Origin: Epiperipatus broadwayi
Lineage: Eukaryota > Animalia > Onychophora
NCBI GenBank assembly: GCA_028023455.1
Contig: JAQFVV010000007.1
Span: 9,610,001-9,674,000 of the forward strand
Direction: 5' to 3'
DNA: 64,000 bases
The position numbers and the translations under genes are program-made. Of this stretch, positions 38,219 through 49,856 are shown in pieces. The notes beneath the pieces are model-generated. The model did no database searches. It worked only from the letters and a program-made list of their open reading frames with translations, and was not told the DNA's origin. Position 1 is the first letter of the stretch, and every line of letters begins with the position of its first letter.

Positions 38219-40725
38219 TATATATAGTCAGCAAAGTAAATGAGTGGATAATTCAATTGTTGACTGCATGAAGTCTTTATTTTCTTTTTTCTTTTACTGC
38301 GGACTGTAATTAGTTTAATTTTATATATATATTGAACCAATAGTGTTGTCTGGTTAAAAAAATTGACTGTCGTCAGTGGAATCATTAATCTGCTAACCAT
38401 GGATGTCTAAATATCCCTATTGTTTACATTTTAATTGCCTAGTAGACTATCTTTGTACAGCATGGAATGTCTACACAACGACCGGAGGGAAACATCATGT
38501 AAATAAAGCAGTTATTCAGAATGCACCATTCGGAAGCTGGAACGAGCAACCCATATCTGCAGAGGAAATTGCCTAAAATATGAGCTGTGAAGAACTGTAG
38601 ACTCACCAAATATAATTTAATTGATCAATTCATGGAATTATGTTCATTATGTTATAATTTTTGTTTTCAAAGATCTACGTACACATTACTATTATTTTTC
38701 TTTTTGTTTATTATTTTGTTCTTATCATTTGGAACATGAAATCCCCCAATTCACCATTTTTTGAAACAGTTAAATTTAGAAGAGTGCAAGTGGAATAGGA
38801 AGGGAAGGTTAATTTTAGATGGTATTATTACTGTAATAATAAAATTTAGGTTCAATCCCCTTCTTTAATACTTGAGACTCTAGGTATAAGAATTTCATTT
38901 TTAGAACATCAATTTTCATGTACATTGATAGAACAGAATTTTGTTATTTGTTCATCTAACTTTTGTTATTTAGATTTTATTTGGTGCAAATGATTAATTC
39001 TCTGAATAAATCTACTTTGCTATCATGTTAAGAGTTACATTTAACTTGTCAAAGGAAGGGGGGTCTTCAGATAAATAAATTTTCAATCATTGGAACTGGA
39101 CTGAGACATGAACCTATGGATATGTCAAATGTAAATATAATTAAGCTAGTTACATCAGAGTTCACTAAAGCAATCTTGTTAAATCTTTTTATCATTATCC
39201 CTTTGTACATAATAGTGTCATGAACATGAATATCTATCATTGGGGCATGGGTAGGTAATTATAGATTAAGTTGTGGAAATCATAGATGTTCATCACTGAC
39301 ATTTAAACTACATGCATTTTTTTATCGACATTTGTAAATATTGGTCTAAACATTGAATTATTCAATTTTTTTTTTTATTATTGTTTTCATGTTTTCTTTT
39401 ATAAAATAAATGTTATATAACTTGTTGAATTAATATAATCTCTTGAGTTTATTGAACTGTTCCTTGCATTCATCAACAAAGCCAATGCCTTATATATATA
39501 TACACACATAGCATTATTTTACATGTATATTAGCAAACAAATTATTAGATTTAGGTAAATGTAGTTCATCAATAGTAAATGTGATAAGATAATCTGATTA
39601 TTAGTATGCATAGGTACATCCCTGTTAATAAAGTCCACGGGTAACTCCATGAGTTCGAATACTGTGGCATAATGGAACCAAGCGAGGAAAGATGTGGATG
39701 AACTGACCCAAATTACATCTAAATTTAATAAATAAGTATTGAACTGATCTATTGGAAGAGGGTGCAATCATAGGTTGTGCTTCATCGCATTATCTCCAGC
39801 ATCCTACTCGAAAATCATAGGTCTGACCGTAGTTAGATGAGATCTTCTCTTTTAATGACATCATCCGGACCATTACATTATAATTAATGAGTATTATTTT
39901 AATGATTAAAAAATACAGCATTTGTACATTAAGTTGATCTAATATATATACTTGAGATTCAATTTAATTTATATATTATGCATATTAAGATGACAATAAA
40001 AATAATAATGCAAAACTAAATTAAGAAAATTAAGAGAGTTATATTCTAAAAGACAGCATATTATATGTGCTTAAATCTAGTTTTATCGCAAATGTGTTCC
40101 TTCACTCATTATTTCTCTCAAAGAAAACACATTATGATTTAAAAAAAACACTTCATGGCGGCTCACAGGCTTAGTAAAATTGCCCCTATTGTTAATGTCG
40201 AACTTTACAGTCATTTTAAACAAAAATTGTATTTAAAAATTTCCAGCAATAACTGAATGTGAAAAAAAAGACTGATTGAAAGATGAATTCATGATGATGC
40301 TTATGCAAGCATGTGTGCAGAATATTTATGAATTCCAGCTTGAAGTATATCTAATTTTTCATTTAGCAATTCTTTTCAAAACATGAGTTAATGAAACCAT
40401 GGGTAGTGATTTGGCAGATAGATGAAAAAGGGCTAGGATTGACTTATACATCGTTATTCAAATAGATCATATATTTTCTAAATACTTTAAAACTCAATAA
40501 TTTCCATTCAATAATCATTTTACTCTCAAAGATTTGATGTAGTGGCAGACTGTCAAAAATTTGTGGATCATGGCCCAGCTTCATCACTTCCTGTTCTCTA
40601 ACTTCTTCGAAATTAAAACAGGCAAAACTCACTATATATATTGCCATACACAGCAAGCTAGAGTAATCAATGGATGCCAGAAGGCTTATGCATAAAATTC
40701 CCATCTAGTGCCTCCTCATCCAATA

Positions 40726-40767
40726 TCCCCAGACTAGTTTCTGGCTTATGGCCTTCGTCAGTGAGGA
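40726..40767 (-). ncRNA. Minimal type I hammerhead ribozyme, copy 1
   Basis: UCCUCA-CUGACGA-A-GGC-CAUAA-GCC-A-GAAAC-UA-GUC^UGGGGA. Core CUGANGA/GAAA intact, 6-bp stem I, palindromic ACUAGU stem III, GUC site (cleavage between 40732 and 40731). Confidence 0.8.
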
Positions 40768-41176
40768 GTCTTGGATCTGAGAGCACTGCACCTAGATCTT
40801 AGGATCTAATGCAACCCTCCAGCAACCACCTTTTATCTCCATTTAACTACAAAACCATGAGTCTTAAACTGAAAACACCTTAAAGTTTTCAATAAGCCCA
40901 TTAGCTTATAGTCATATGGCTCTAAACCCAGTTCAGTACCCATACATTTTGGTGACTTTGGTTCTTTAATAACCATAGCCACCACTATCCTATTAGGCAG
41001 GATTGGTTTTAAGCCAATAAACATCATATGACCACCCTCTCTTATGCTTGTGTATAACTGTTGTTATAACAGGCAAAACTCACTATATATATTGCCACAC
41101 ACAGCAAGCTAGAGTAATCAATGGATGCCAAAAGGCTTATGCATAAAATCCCCATCTAGTGTCTACTCATCCAATA

Positions 41177-41218
41177 TCCCCAAACTAGTTTCTGGCTTAT
41201 AGCCTTCGTCAGCGAGGA
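41177..41218 (-). ncRNA. Minimal type I hammerhead ribozyme, copy 2 (GUU site)
   Basis: UCCUCG-CUGACGA-AGGCUAUAAGCCA-GAAAC-UA-GUU^UGGGGA. Confidence 0.7.
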
Positions 41219-41616
41219 GCCTTGGATCTGAGAGCACTGCACCTAGATCTTAGAATCTCCAGCAAACGCCTTTTATTTCCATTTAACTACAAAACTGAGT
41301 CTTAAACTGAAAACACCTTAATGTTTTCAATCCAAGCCCATTAGCTTATATAGTCATATGGGTCTGAACCCAGTTCAGTACCCATATATTTTGGTGTCTT
41401 TGGTTCTTTAATAACCATAGCCGCCAATATTTTATTAGGCAGGATTGGTTTTAAGCAAATAAACATCACATGACCATCCTCTCATGCATGTGTATAACTG
41501 TTGTTAAAACAGGCAAAACTCACTATATATATTGTCACACACAGTAAGCTTGAGTAATCAATGGATGCCAGAAGGTTTGTGCATAAAATCCCCATCTAGT
41601 GCCTACTCATCCAATA

Positions 41617-41658
41617 TCCCCAGACTAGTTTCTGGCTTATGGCCTTCGTCAGTGAGGA
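41617..41658 (-). ncRNA. Minimal type I hammerhead ribozyme, copy 3
   Basis: Same motif as copy 1 with an intact GUC site. Confidence 0.8.
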
Positions 41659-44600
41659 GCCTTGGATCTGAGAACACTGCACCTAGATCTTAGGATCTAA
41701 TGCAACCCTCCAGCAACCACCTTTTATCTCCATTTAACTACAAAACTATGACTTAAACTGAAAACACTTTAATGTTTTCTGGCATTCATTGATTATATAT
41801 ATAGTGAGTTTTGCCTGTTTTAACACCAGTTATACACAAGCATGAGAGGGTGGTCATGTGATGTTTATTTCTTAAAAATTCCCAAACAAAAACAATTCAA
41901 TTATTAATTTAACATTTAATTGAATCATTTTCCACCTGTCTATATCCACTGATTTGATCTTTCATGAACATAGGTTGCTTACAGTAGGGCTGTCAAAAAA
42001 TAGTATCTATTGCATTCTTAAATTATGCATAGCACTGATATAAACTTTACTAACTGTAGAAGTTAGAGGATGGTGATTTTGAATGATGGATAAAATTTTG
42101 AGGTTCCCCTCCCAATACATTGGAGCATTATTGAATATGTGACATCATTGACTTGACACAATTTACATTTTTAGTGATTAGATTAAACAACAAAAAAATG
42201 ATGGATATAACTGTGTTATTTTTTTATAATGTTGAATTTATAGATACTTTGTATAAAAACCAAATATTACAGTTTTAACTTCTTGTGTTTTATTTATATT
42301 TTATTGTAAAAAAAAAAAATCAATAATATAGTTTTAAATAAAAACTTATTATAAAATTTTACATTTGTCCAAATACAATATGTTATTTCCTCTCTCAATA
42401 TAAAAACCAATATTAATTTCTTTTTAATATGTACTTTCAAAACAAAGAAACTCAAAACAAAAGCAATATTTTGATTTTCAAAAGAATGGAAAATGTGAAG
42501 TCAAGTTCTAATAAAACAATAATTTACAAATGAATAACACACATAGGTTGCATTATACATACATGCATGCATAAACACACTTTAGACTTTTTTTTTTAAA
42601 AAAAAATATTAAAGATATCAAATTGTTTCTCTAAAGAATTTTAATATTGTGTGTTATACAAGAACAAATAAATCATACAAGTAATGAAATATTCAGACTG
42701 TTATTCCTTCATTTCTAATTACATCTCAATTTTGAAATGCCGATTTTTATAAAATAATAAAAAAAATTAGAACACTTGTAATTTAGAAATACAGAGCAAT
42801 AACATTAGCATTATGATGTTTGAGAACGATTTAAATTTTGACTGGACCTTATTTTCAGATACAAATTCAATCAAACAATAAACATGGGGGTCCTAGTCCA
42901 TATGGAAAATACCATACATACACTTTCTTTCTCTTTTCTCTCCCTACATGCTTCAAATACTTATAGTCTGACATCAGTACTTCATGTATTCTTTTCAAAC
43001 TCTGCACTACTTTTAAAATATTTTCTAATAATCAATCCAATTCTTCTTCATAATTTTCTTAATACTGACAATGATTTGTTTAAAGTTTTTTTGAAGATAA
43101 AGATCAAACGCTTAATCACAAATATGTTCAGTATTAATTATGAATATATTCATAGCAAAAACAAAAAAAAAAAAAGCAAGTAATATACCTAAGCATGTTA
43201 AATTAAAACGGAAGTAACTGTAATTGTCTCTCCCAGAACTATGTATAAATTAATAATTCATTTATAATAAATGAAAAGAATAGATACTAAAAATAATGCA
43301 GAAGGTGAATTCTGTGTATTAACCTGATTTAAGTGGATGGGATAAATATTTTGAAATCAAAATAATATATATTCAGAGGATCAAAGTACTGTCTTATTTT
43401 AATAATCCGCAAATGTTAACTAAAATATCAATTTAGTAATCGTAATTACAAATAATTATAAATAAGTATATGATTACTTAGATTTATAATTCATAAGCAT
43501 ATTAAATATAATCCTAAAAAAAATTAACAATCTATTTAAATATAATAGTAAAAAAAACTAACAATCTATTAGAAAAGTGAATATTTATTCACAAAAATTA
43601 AAAATCAACTGTTGATTGAAAATTGTTATTGGTCATAAATGATATTATTTTTTATGATAAATTTACTTGCAGCAGTAGAAAATAGATTATTTATTTCAAA
43701 TATGATAAAACATCATTCATTATAATTTTTTAGAACACTTTACTAAGTGAGCATAAACAATAATATTCTAATTAAAAAATTCAAATATTAGAATTATTCA
43801 AGTAAAATTTAAAAATGTTGCAATAGAAACAAAAGGCTATAAAGAAGCACAAGGGTAGAGATAGTGAATAAAATAGTAGAAAAATAAAGAAAATACTTAA
43901 ATTATATAGAATATAAAAATATATATGGACAGCATGTGTTGACATAAAAAAAGAGATTAAGCTAAAACACAGTGATTAGAAGAATGTAAGGAAATAAAGA
44001 AATTATTAAGTAGATTTGGTTTAATTTCTGGTAGAGTAAGTAAAACATTCTGAATGGGAAAAACTAGTTACAGAAATTAAATAGTAAATTAATGATAGAA
44101 TGATAAAAGAAATAAATTAAATAAGATAGGAAGACTATATAAGATATATGACAGAAATAATACGCCCTCATCTATGTCAGAACAAGGAAAATTTTTTCAA
44201 GCAGGGAGCTTCATAAGCACATCATATGCCAAATAACTTTGAGTACATGAAATATCAGCTTTTTTATAAATGCTTGTATTTAAGTCAGAATCTCTGATGT
44301 TTGTTTGAATTAAACAAGTCTGAATCTCTTTTGTTGTTTTCAAGATTTGGATAAAATTTTAAAATCAAGGTTTAATATATTTATATTCAATAGAATTTGT
44401 TCAAATTTTGTACGTTTATTATAAATCACTGACAATAAAATAAGACACTAAAATATTTAAAAGAAGTTCTTAAACCCAGAGGGACTACTGGACAAAGTTT
44501 CAAATATTTTGCTATCAAATTTGAAATATGTTGCTATCACTTCAATAAGTTTTCAAAAATGTGTGCGAGATGGCAGTAAATATATATTATAACCTTCTAT

Positions 44601-44829
44601 TTACTATCGCAATTAAATTAATATAATCAAAACCTGTAAAAAGATGTCTTGGCTTTATTTTCTGGTTAAGCAAATTAAATTGACCACTATCATTGGTCAG
44701 ATAGCAGATAATATAATTTTAGAAAGTATTTAAAGATGTCTTCTGAGAAATTTTGTTATGCATTTATAAATGTGTCTGTTTTTTTTTTTTTTTTGAAAAG
44801 CAGAAGTAAATTTTTTTTTATATACAAAT

Positions 44830-46815
44830 AGAAGTGACTAAAAGAATGTAAGGAAATAAAGCAAATATTCTCCTCTCAGCAAACCAATACAGAAAAAAGC
44901 AAAAAATCTGATACCGAGTACAGAACTAAAGCTAAAAGTATTACTCAAAAAACATCACAGATACTCGGTGATTAAAAAAAAAAAGTAAATTAACTTATTT
45001 CAGTAACTTCCACATCTTCATAGTCTATCTAAAATCCATAAGGATCATGTTCTCTAGAAATTCACCTTGCCAAAATGTGTCAACATTTCTTTCAAAGTTC
45101 TTAATCCTTTGGCATGCAAAACCCAATCCTTCTTCAGGGATTATAGATACTTTGTAGAATTAATCAAGAACATGAAAATTGAAAAAAACTGGCATACTAA
45201 TAAACTTTGATGTGGAAAGTTTATTCACAAATGTACCATATGAAGAAAGCACTGTCTATTATAAGAAAAAAGATTAAATGATGATAATAGCTTACAAACC
45301 AAAACAACTCTTCCTACTGACAGTATAATGGAACTATTAACATTTTACATAACAATATACTTTCAATACAACATAGAATTCTTCCAACAAAATCAAGGAA
45401 TTGCTATGGGATCAGCATTGTCATCCCTAATTAGCAATATTTACATGGAAAAACTAGAAATTGCAGCCATAAAGACTACTCCATATCCATCTAAAGATTG
45501 GCTTCGTTATGTTGATAATATATTTGTTGTATGGCCATATGGTGAAGCATTACTACAAACTTCCTGGAAACACATCGATAACATATCTCCTTCAATTACA
45601 TTCACAATAGTCAGAACAAGGACAAAAATTAGCATTCTTAGATGTTCTGTGAAAATACTCCCTCATGGCAACACAGTTTACAGATAACCACACACACAGG
45701 AAAATACTTAGCATAAACATCCAATCATAGCAAAAACACAAAACATGGAGTTATACTATCACTATGGAACAGTAGAAAACAAATTTGTTCAGAAACCAGT
45801 GATTTGAAAAAAAGATTAATATAGATTCAAACATCTTATGAAAAATAGTTATCCATCAACTGACATTAAGAAAACCTTAAACAGACAACAATAAGGAACA
45901 TCAAAGGAAAAAACAATTATTGATACTGTAGTGTATCTATATATATCAAAAATAGCAGACAAGTTAAGAAAAATATGCAATCAGTATAACAAAAGAACAG
46001 CTTTCCAGAGCTATATCACACTATGAAGAATTCTAACATTTATAAAGCCTAAACTTAAAATACTGAAAATCAAAAACTGCACCTATGAAATACCACGTGA
46101 ATGTGGAAAAATGTATATTGGTGAAACCAGTTTATCTCATTGAAAAGTGACTGCAAGAACACAAACTGACAATTAGAAGAGAGAAAACAGGTACATCTAA
46201 GCAAACAGACCATGTATGTACCAATGAACATATATTCAATTGGAAAAATACATAAATATTGGACAGAGAGGAAAGAAAATATTCTAAGACACTACTCACA
46301 TGATAATGGCAAATAACCCCACAAGTCAACCTAGTATGATTATACACGAGGTATGGAAACCACTAATCAACTTTACTCTAAGAAAAATGTGGAGAAATCA
46401 GGAAGAACCTCATAGAAAAATATATGAAATTTTTATTGACTGTTGCCTTTGGCAGGATGGCAATATTGGTTAGAGCATTAATTTAAAATTCAATATTCAA
46501 GAATATCAAGATGCAGATTTGATTCCCACGCTAGTACTGTCACTGGTCAAGCCAGCAACAGCTGAAAAAGGGAGAATACCATTCAAAACATTCTGCATAT
46601 ACTAACCTGTACGCTGTCATTGGTCAAGCCAGCAACAGCTGAAAAAGGGAGAATACCATTCAAGACATTCTGCATATACTAACCTGTACGCTATTACTGA
46701 CAGCTGAATGTAATTGGAAAATTTAAATAAAGTTAAATTTTTCTAAATGATGAAAACTAGTCCAACATATAAATACAACTAAAATACCATCACCACAAAC
46801 CTTCACGAAAACACA
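44830..46815 (+). mobile_element. Decayed Penelope-like retroelement with pseudo-LTR
   Basis: RT: QQNQGIAMGSALSSLISNIYME and WLRYVDNIF (ORF 45328-45687). GIY-YIG: TYEIPRECGKMYIGET (~46081-46128). The 3' pLTR includes a 77-bp tandem duplication (46537-46694) with a decayed hammerhead. Confidence 0.85.
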
Positions 46816-47099
46816 GATTATTTTGTGTACTTTTAATCTAAAGTAAATCAAAGCGGCTTTTTTTATAAAATATATTTTTTACGTCTATTATTTTATTTCA
46901 ATTTCGGTTGTGCTCAATATTTTTATAAATACACATTGCTCAAAGTTTTAACACAAAAGTAAATATAATAATGAAAAAAACTCCAAATATAAATTAAACA
47001 TTTATATTTATACATCTGCAGATACGCAAACTTCCAAATATTAATTACATTTGTTGAAGTAGCTCAACGTGAATAAATTAATTTTAATTTGTACTATAT

Positions 47100-47600
47100 G
47101 TAAAAAGTGATTTTTAGTGCCAACTTTGCTATAGAGAGGGTCATAAAAGGTCTACAAAGCACTGGTTGCCTATACAGATAAAAATCAAATGAAGTTCTCC
47201 AAAGGTAAAGAAGTTGTAACATTAATTGAAATACAACTGGCAAGGAACAGACTATTGCTAAAATTCCAGTTGAATTTTTGAAGTCTATGAGAGAGTTTGA
47301 CAGAATTAGTTGACATTTGTAATGTAATTTTAAATCCATTACAACCAAGAACAAATTCAGCAAAGTGTAAGATTTCAGATCAATTAGCTTAATCTCTCAG
47401 GTGGCTAAAATATAGTTGCAAGTCTTGAATAGATGGATTTCAAATAGATTATATATCAACAATGTATATATTATTAGCTAGCCATGTCATCATTAATCAT
47501 TACCCTAGAAATCAGTAAATCTTTTTACAATCATGACGCTCTTTCTTGGATCAAAATTTGATGGGATCCATTATTTGTTTTTACCATGCTGAAATTATAA
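47100..47600 (+). mobile_element. Decayed LINE RT fragment
   Basis: Remnant TTGKEQTIAKIPVEFLK resembles the KAxGxDxIPVEFLK motif of non-LTR RTs. Confidence 0.4.
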
Positions 47601-49484
47601 GCATGAGTATATAAGGATGTTCATAATAAAATAATAGTACTTTTAATTAATATACAAATTTATTATTTCTTAACTAATATTTTAGTATTAAACACATAAG
47701 ACTTGAAATGAAATTTTTTAAACACATTGCATACTTACAAATAAAATTATGATGTATACAAAAATAATTTATATTCATGCGATTTTTATCTACTTTTAAA
47801 AATTAAATTCTTTCAGAAAAAAAAAACAACAACTTATTTTGTGACATCTCAGGGGGTCATGATCCACAGGTTGCACACTACAGTTATAACTGATAATAAA
47901 TAATTGCTTTGTTATTTGGGGAAGTCATGATTTTGACCACTGGTAGTGATGGACCACAATCCGTGAATTTTTAGCTTCACTGCTATCACTACACCAAAAT
48001 ATATAAGGCAACACTCTATATATAGTCTCACATATGTGGATTCATTTTCTGGGTTTCAATGTAATAACTAAGAAAGTAGCATCATCTTCTACATTTTCAA
48101 CAGGCATCAACATTTTTACTGTTTCTCTAAAACTTCCTAGACTTGCTCTACAATAAGATACTTTTAGTGAATTGCATTGAAGTGGTTTTACCCTATCATA
48201 AAAAGCTCAATCTTTATAGATATGGAATTTATCCTTTCTTGATCATGGAATTTAGATTGTATTTCCCTTTCAATTGTGAATTTATTAATTTTACATATTT
48301 TTATACTTAGGAGAAATCATTTCTATCTGTTATGGGTTTTGAATTACCTTTTTATGATGAATACATATAACTTTCTTACAATGCTTTTTAAACTCGATGA
48401 TTATATTCATCACAACAATTATAATATTAAGTTTTCTGTTTGTGTCTTCAACTTTTAATTCAACTTTCACTAATTTTGAGCAGTCTTTAATATCTTTACT
48501 TTACTAAGTCCAAACCCTTAGAACATAAAGATAACCCAGGTCCAACGTCCATTTTTACTACTATAGCATTATTACTATACTGTAATTATTACTTGCTGAT
48601 GGTTATCTATGTCAGCTATGTTGATTTAGATGCTCGTTCAGTGTTTTTACTTGTTTTTAGTTAAGCAAACATGATTAATGGCCTGAACTTTTGCATTATT
48701 CTAATTTCACTCACACTATGTGACCAGAATTTCTATAGTACTAATTAATGTATAATGCCTATTGATGAATTCAGTATTTAGCAGACTGCTGATATCCAGT
48801 AACTGCTGCCATAGTGCTCATTAACCATGGCCCATGGGAATTGTTCTAATAGTTACCTCCAGGCAATATTCATATGCACAATTCTTTGTCAAATTTCTTA
48901 AAGCAGCATCATAATCTCTAATCTTTTCTCCTTTATTTGATATGTAGGGCAAAGATGAGGGTGAGCTATATGTTTAGAGAATTCAGGGATAGAGAAAGTT
49001 ACTTGACCATCTCTGCATAGTTACACTTTCAGAATCTCCAGGCTCACAAAGTCAGTTTGCTGTCATTATTTTTGAACTGTGGAAAATAAAAGGAATGTGG
49101 CAACTTTTGTAGCATCAGCTTTTCTATTATTGACTATAAAATATTAGCTTAAATGCTTTGTATAGATAGGTCATACAGAGTGGTTACCAATGTCAAATTC
49201 ATCAATTCATACCTGTGCTGTTGCTATGTTACTTATGGCCTGATGCTAAATAAGTTTTTGAATATTTCTTTAGGGATTTAACTTCAACTAAATTGAATAA
49301 CAGGCTTTCTACTTTCTAATTTTAACCTGTACTCAATACTTTACTATGTGGAGTCTAGTTTTGTGTTATGTCTGGACTCTTCTAAGAAAATGCAATTATG
49401 ACTTAATCAAAGAATATGAATAAAAGCATAAATTAATAAAGAACATCGCTAATATGAATATTTAATGTTTTCACAGTTGTATGA

Positions 49485-49856
49485 TATAGATAAATTATTA
49501 CTTTTTGGGCCAAACCGTGCGTTATTTTCCATTACAAATTGATATTTCGACGAACTAGCATCCGCCACTGTCAAGGTTAACTTTTGAAAAAAAAAATCGT
49601 TAGATCTCAAACAGAAACGTGACTGAAAAAACTGAGAGAAATCAACATCTTGATATGCCTCATATTTTAAATGCTGAACTATTTCAAGTTGAATCTCATT
49701 TCTCATCTCGCACTCAGTCACTTTACTGTTTGAGATCTAACGATTTTTCTTTCAAAAGTCAACCTTGACAATGGTGGATGCTAGTTCGTCGAAATATCGG
49801 TTTGTAATGAAAAATAACACACAGTTTGGCCCAAAAAGAAATAATTTATATATATA
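49485..49856. mobile_element. MITE with ~140-bp terminal inverted repeats
   Basis: TAAATTATTACTTTTTGGGCCAAAC...GACGAACTAGCATCC...GTTAGATCTCAAACAG versus CTGTTTGAGATCTAAC...GGATGCTAGTTCGTC...GTTTGGCCCAAAAAGAAATAATTTA; TA-rich flanks. Confidence 0.8.

Larger units (their letters stand above)
40614..41876 (-). repeat. ~445-bp tandem array (about 2.6 units plus an inverted junction copy), retrozyme-like
   Basis: Units start at ~40614, ~41065 and ~41505 and are highly similar. 41779-41876 is an inverted copy of the unit junction. Each unit carries a hammerhead motif. Confidence 0.9.

Noticed and set aside
38403-38576. 57-aa ORF MSKYPYCLHF...WNVYTTTGGKHHVNKAVIQNAPFGSWNEQPISAEEIA, possible terminal exon after TTTGTACAG
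   Set aside because: No recognisable homology and no partner exons; the opposite strand has an equally long open frame.
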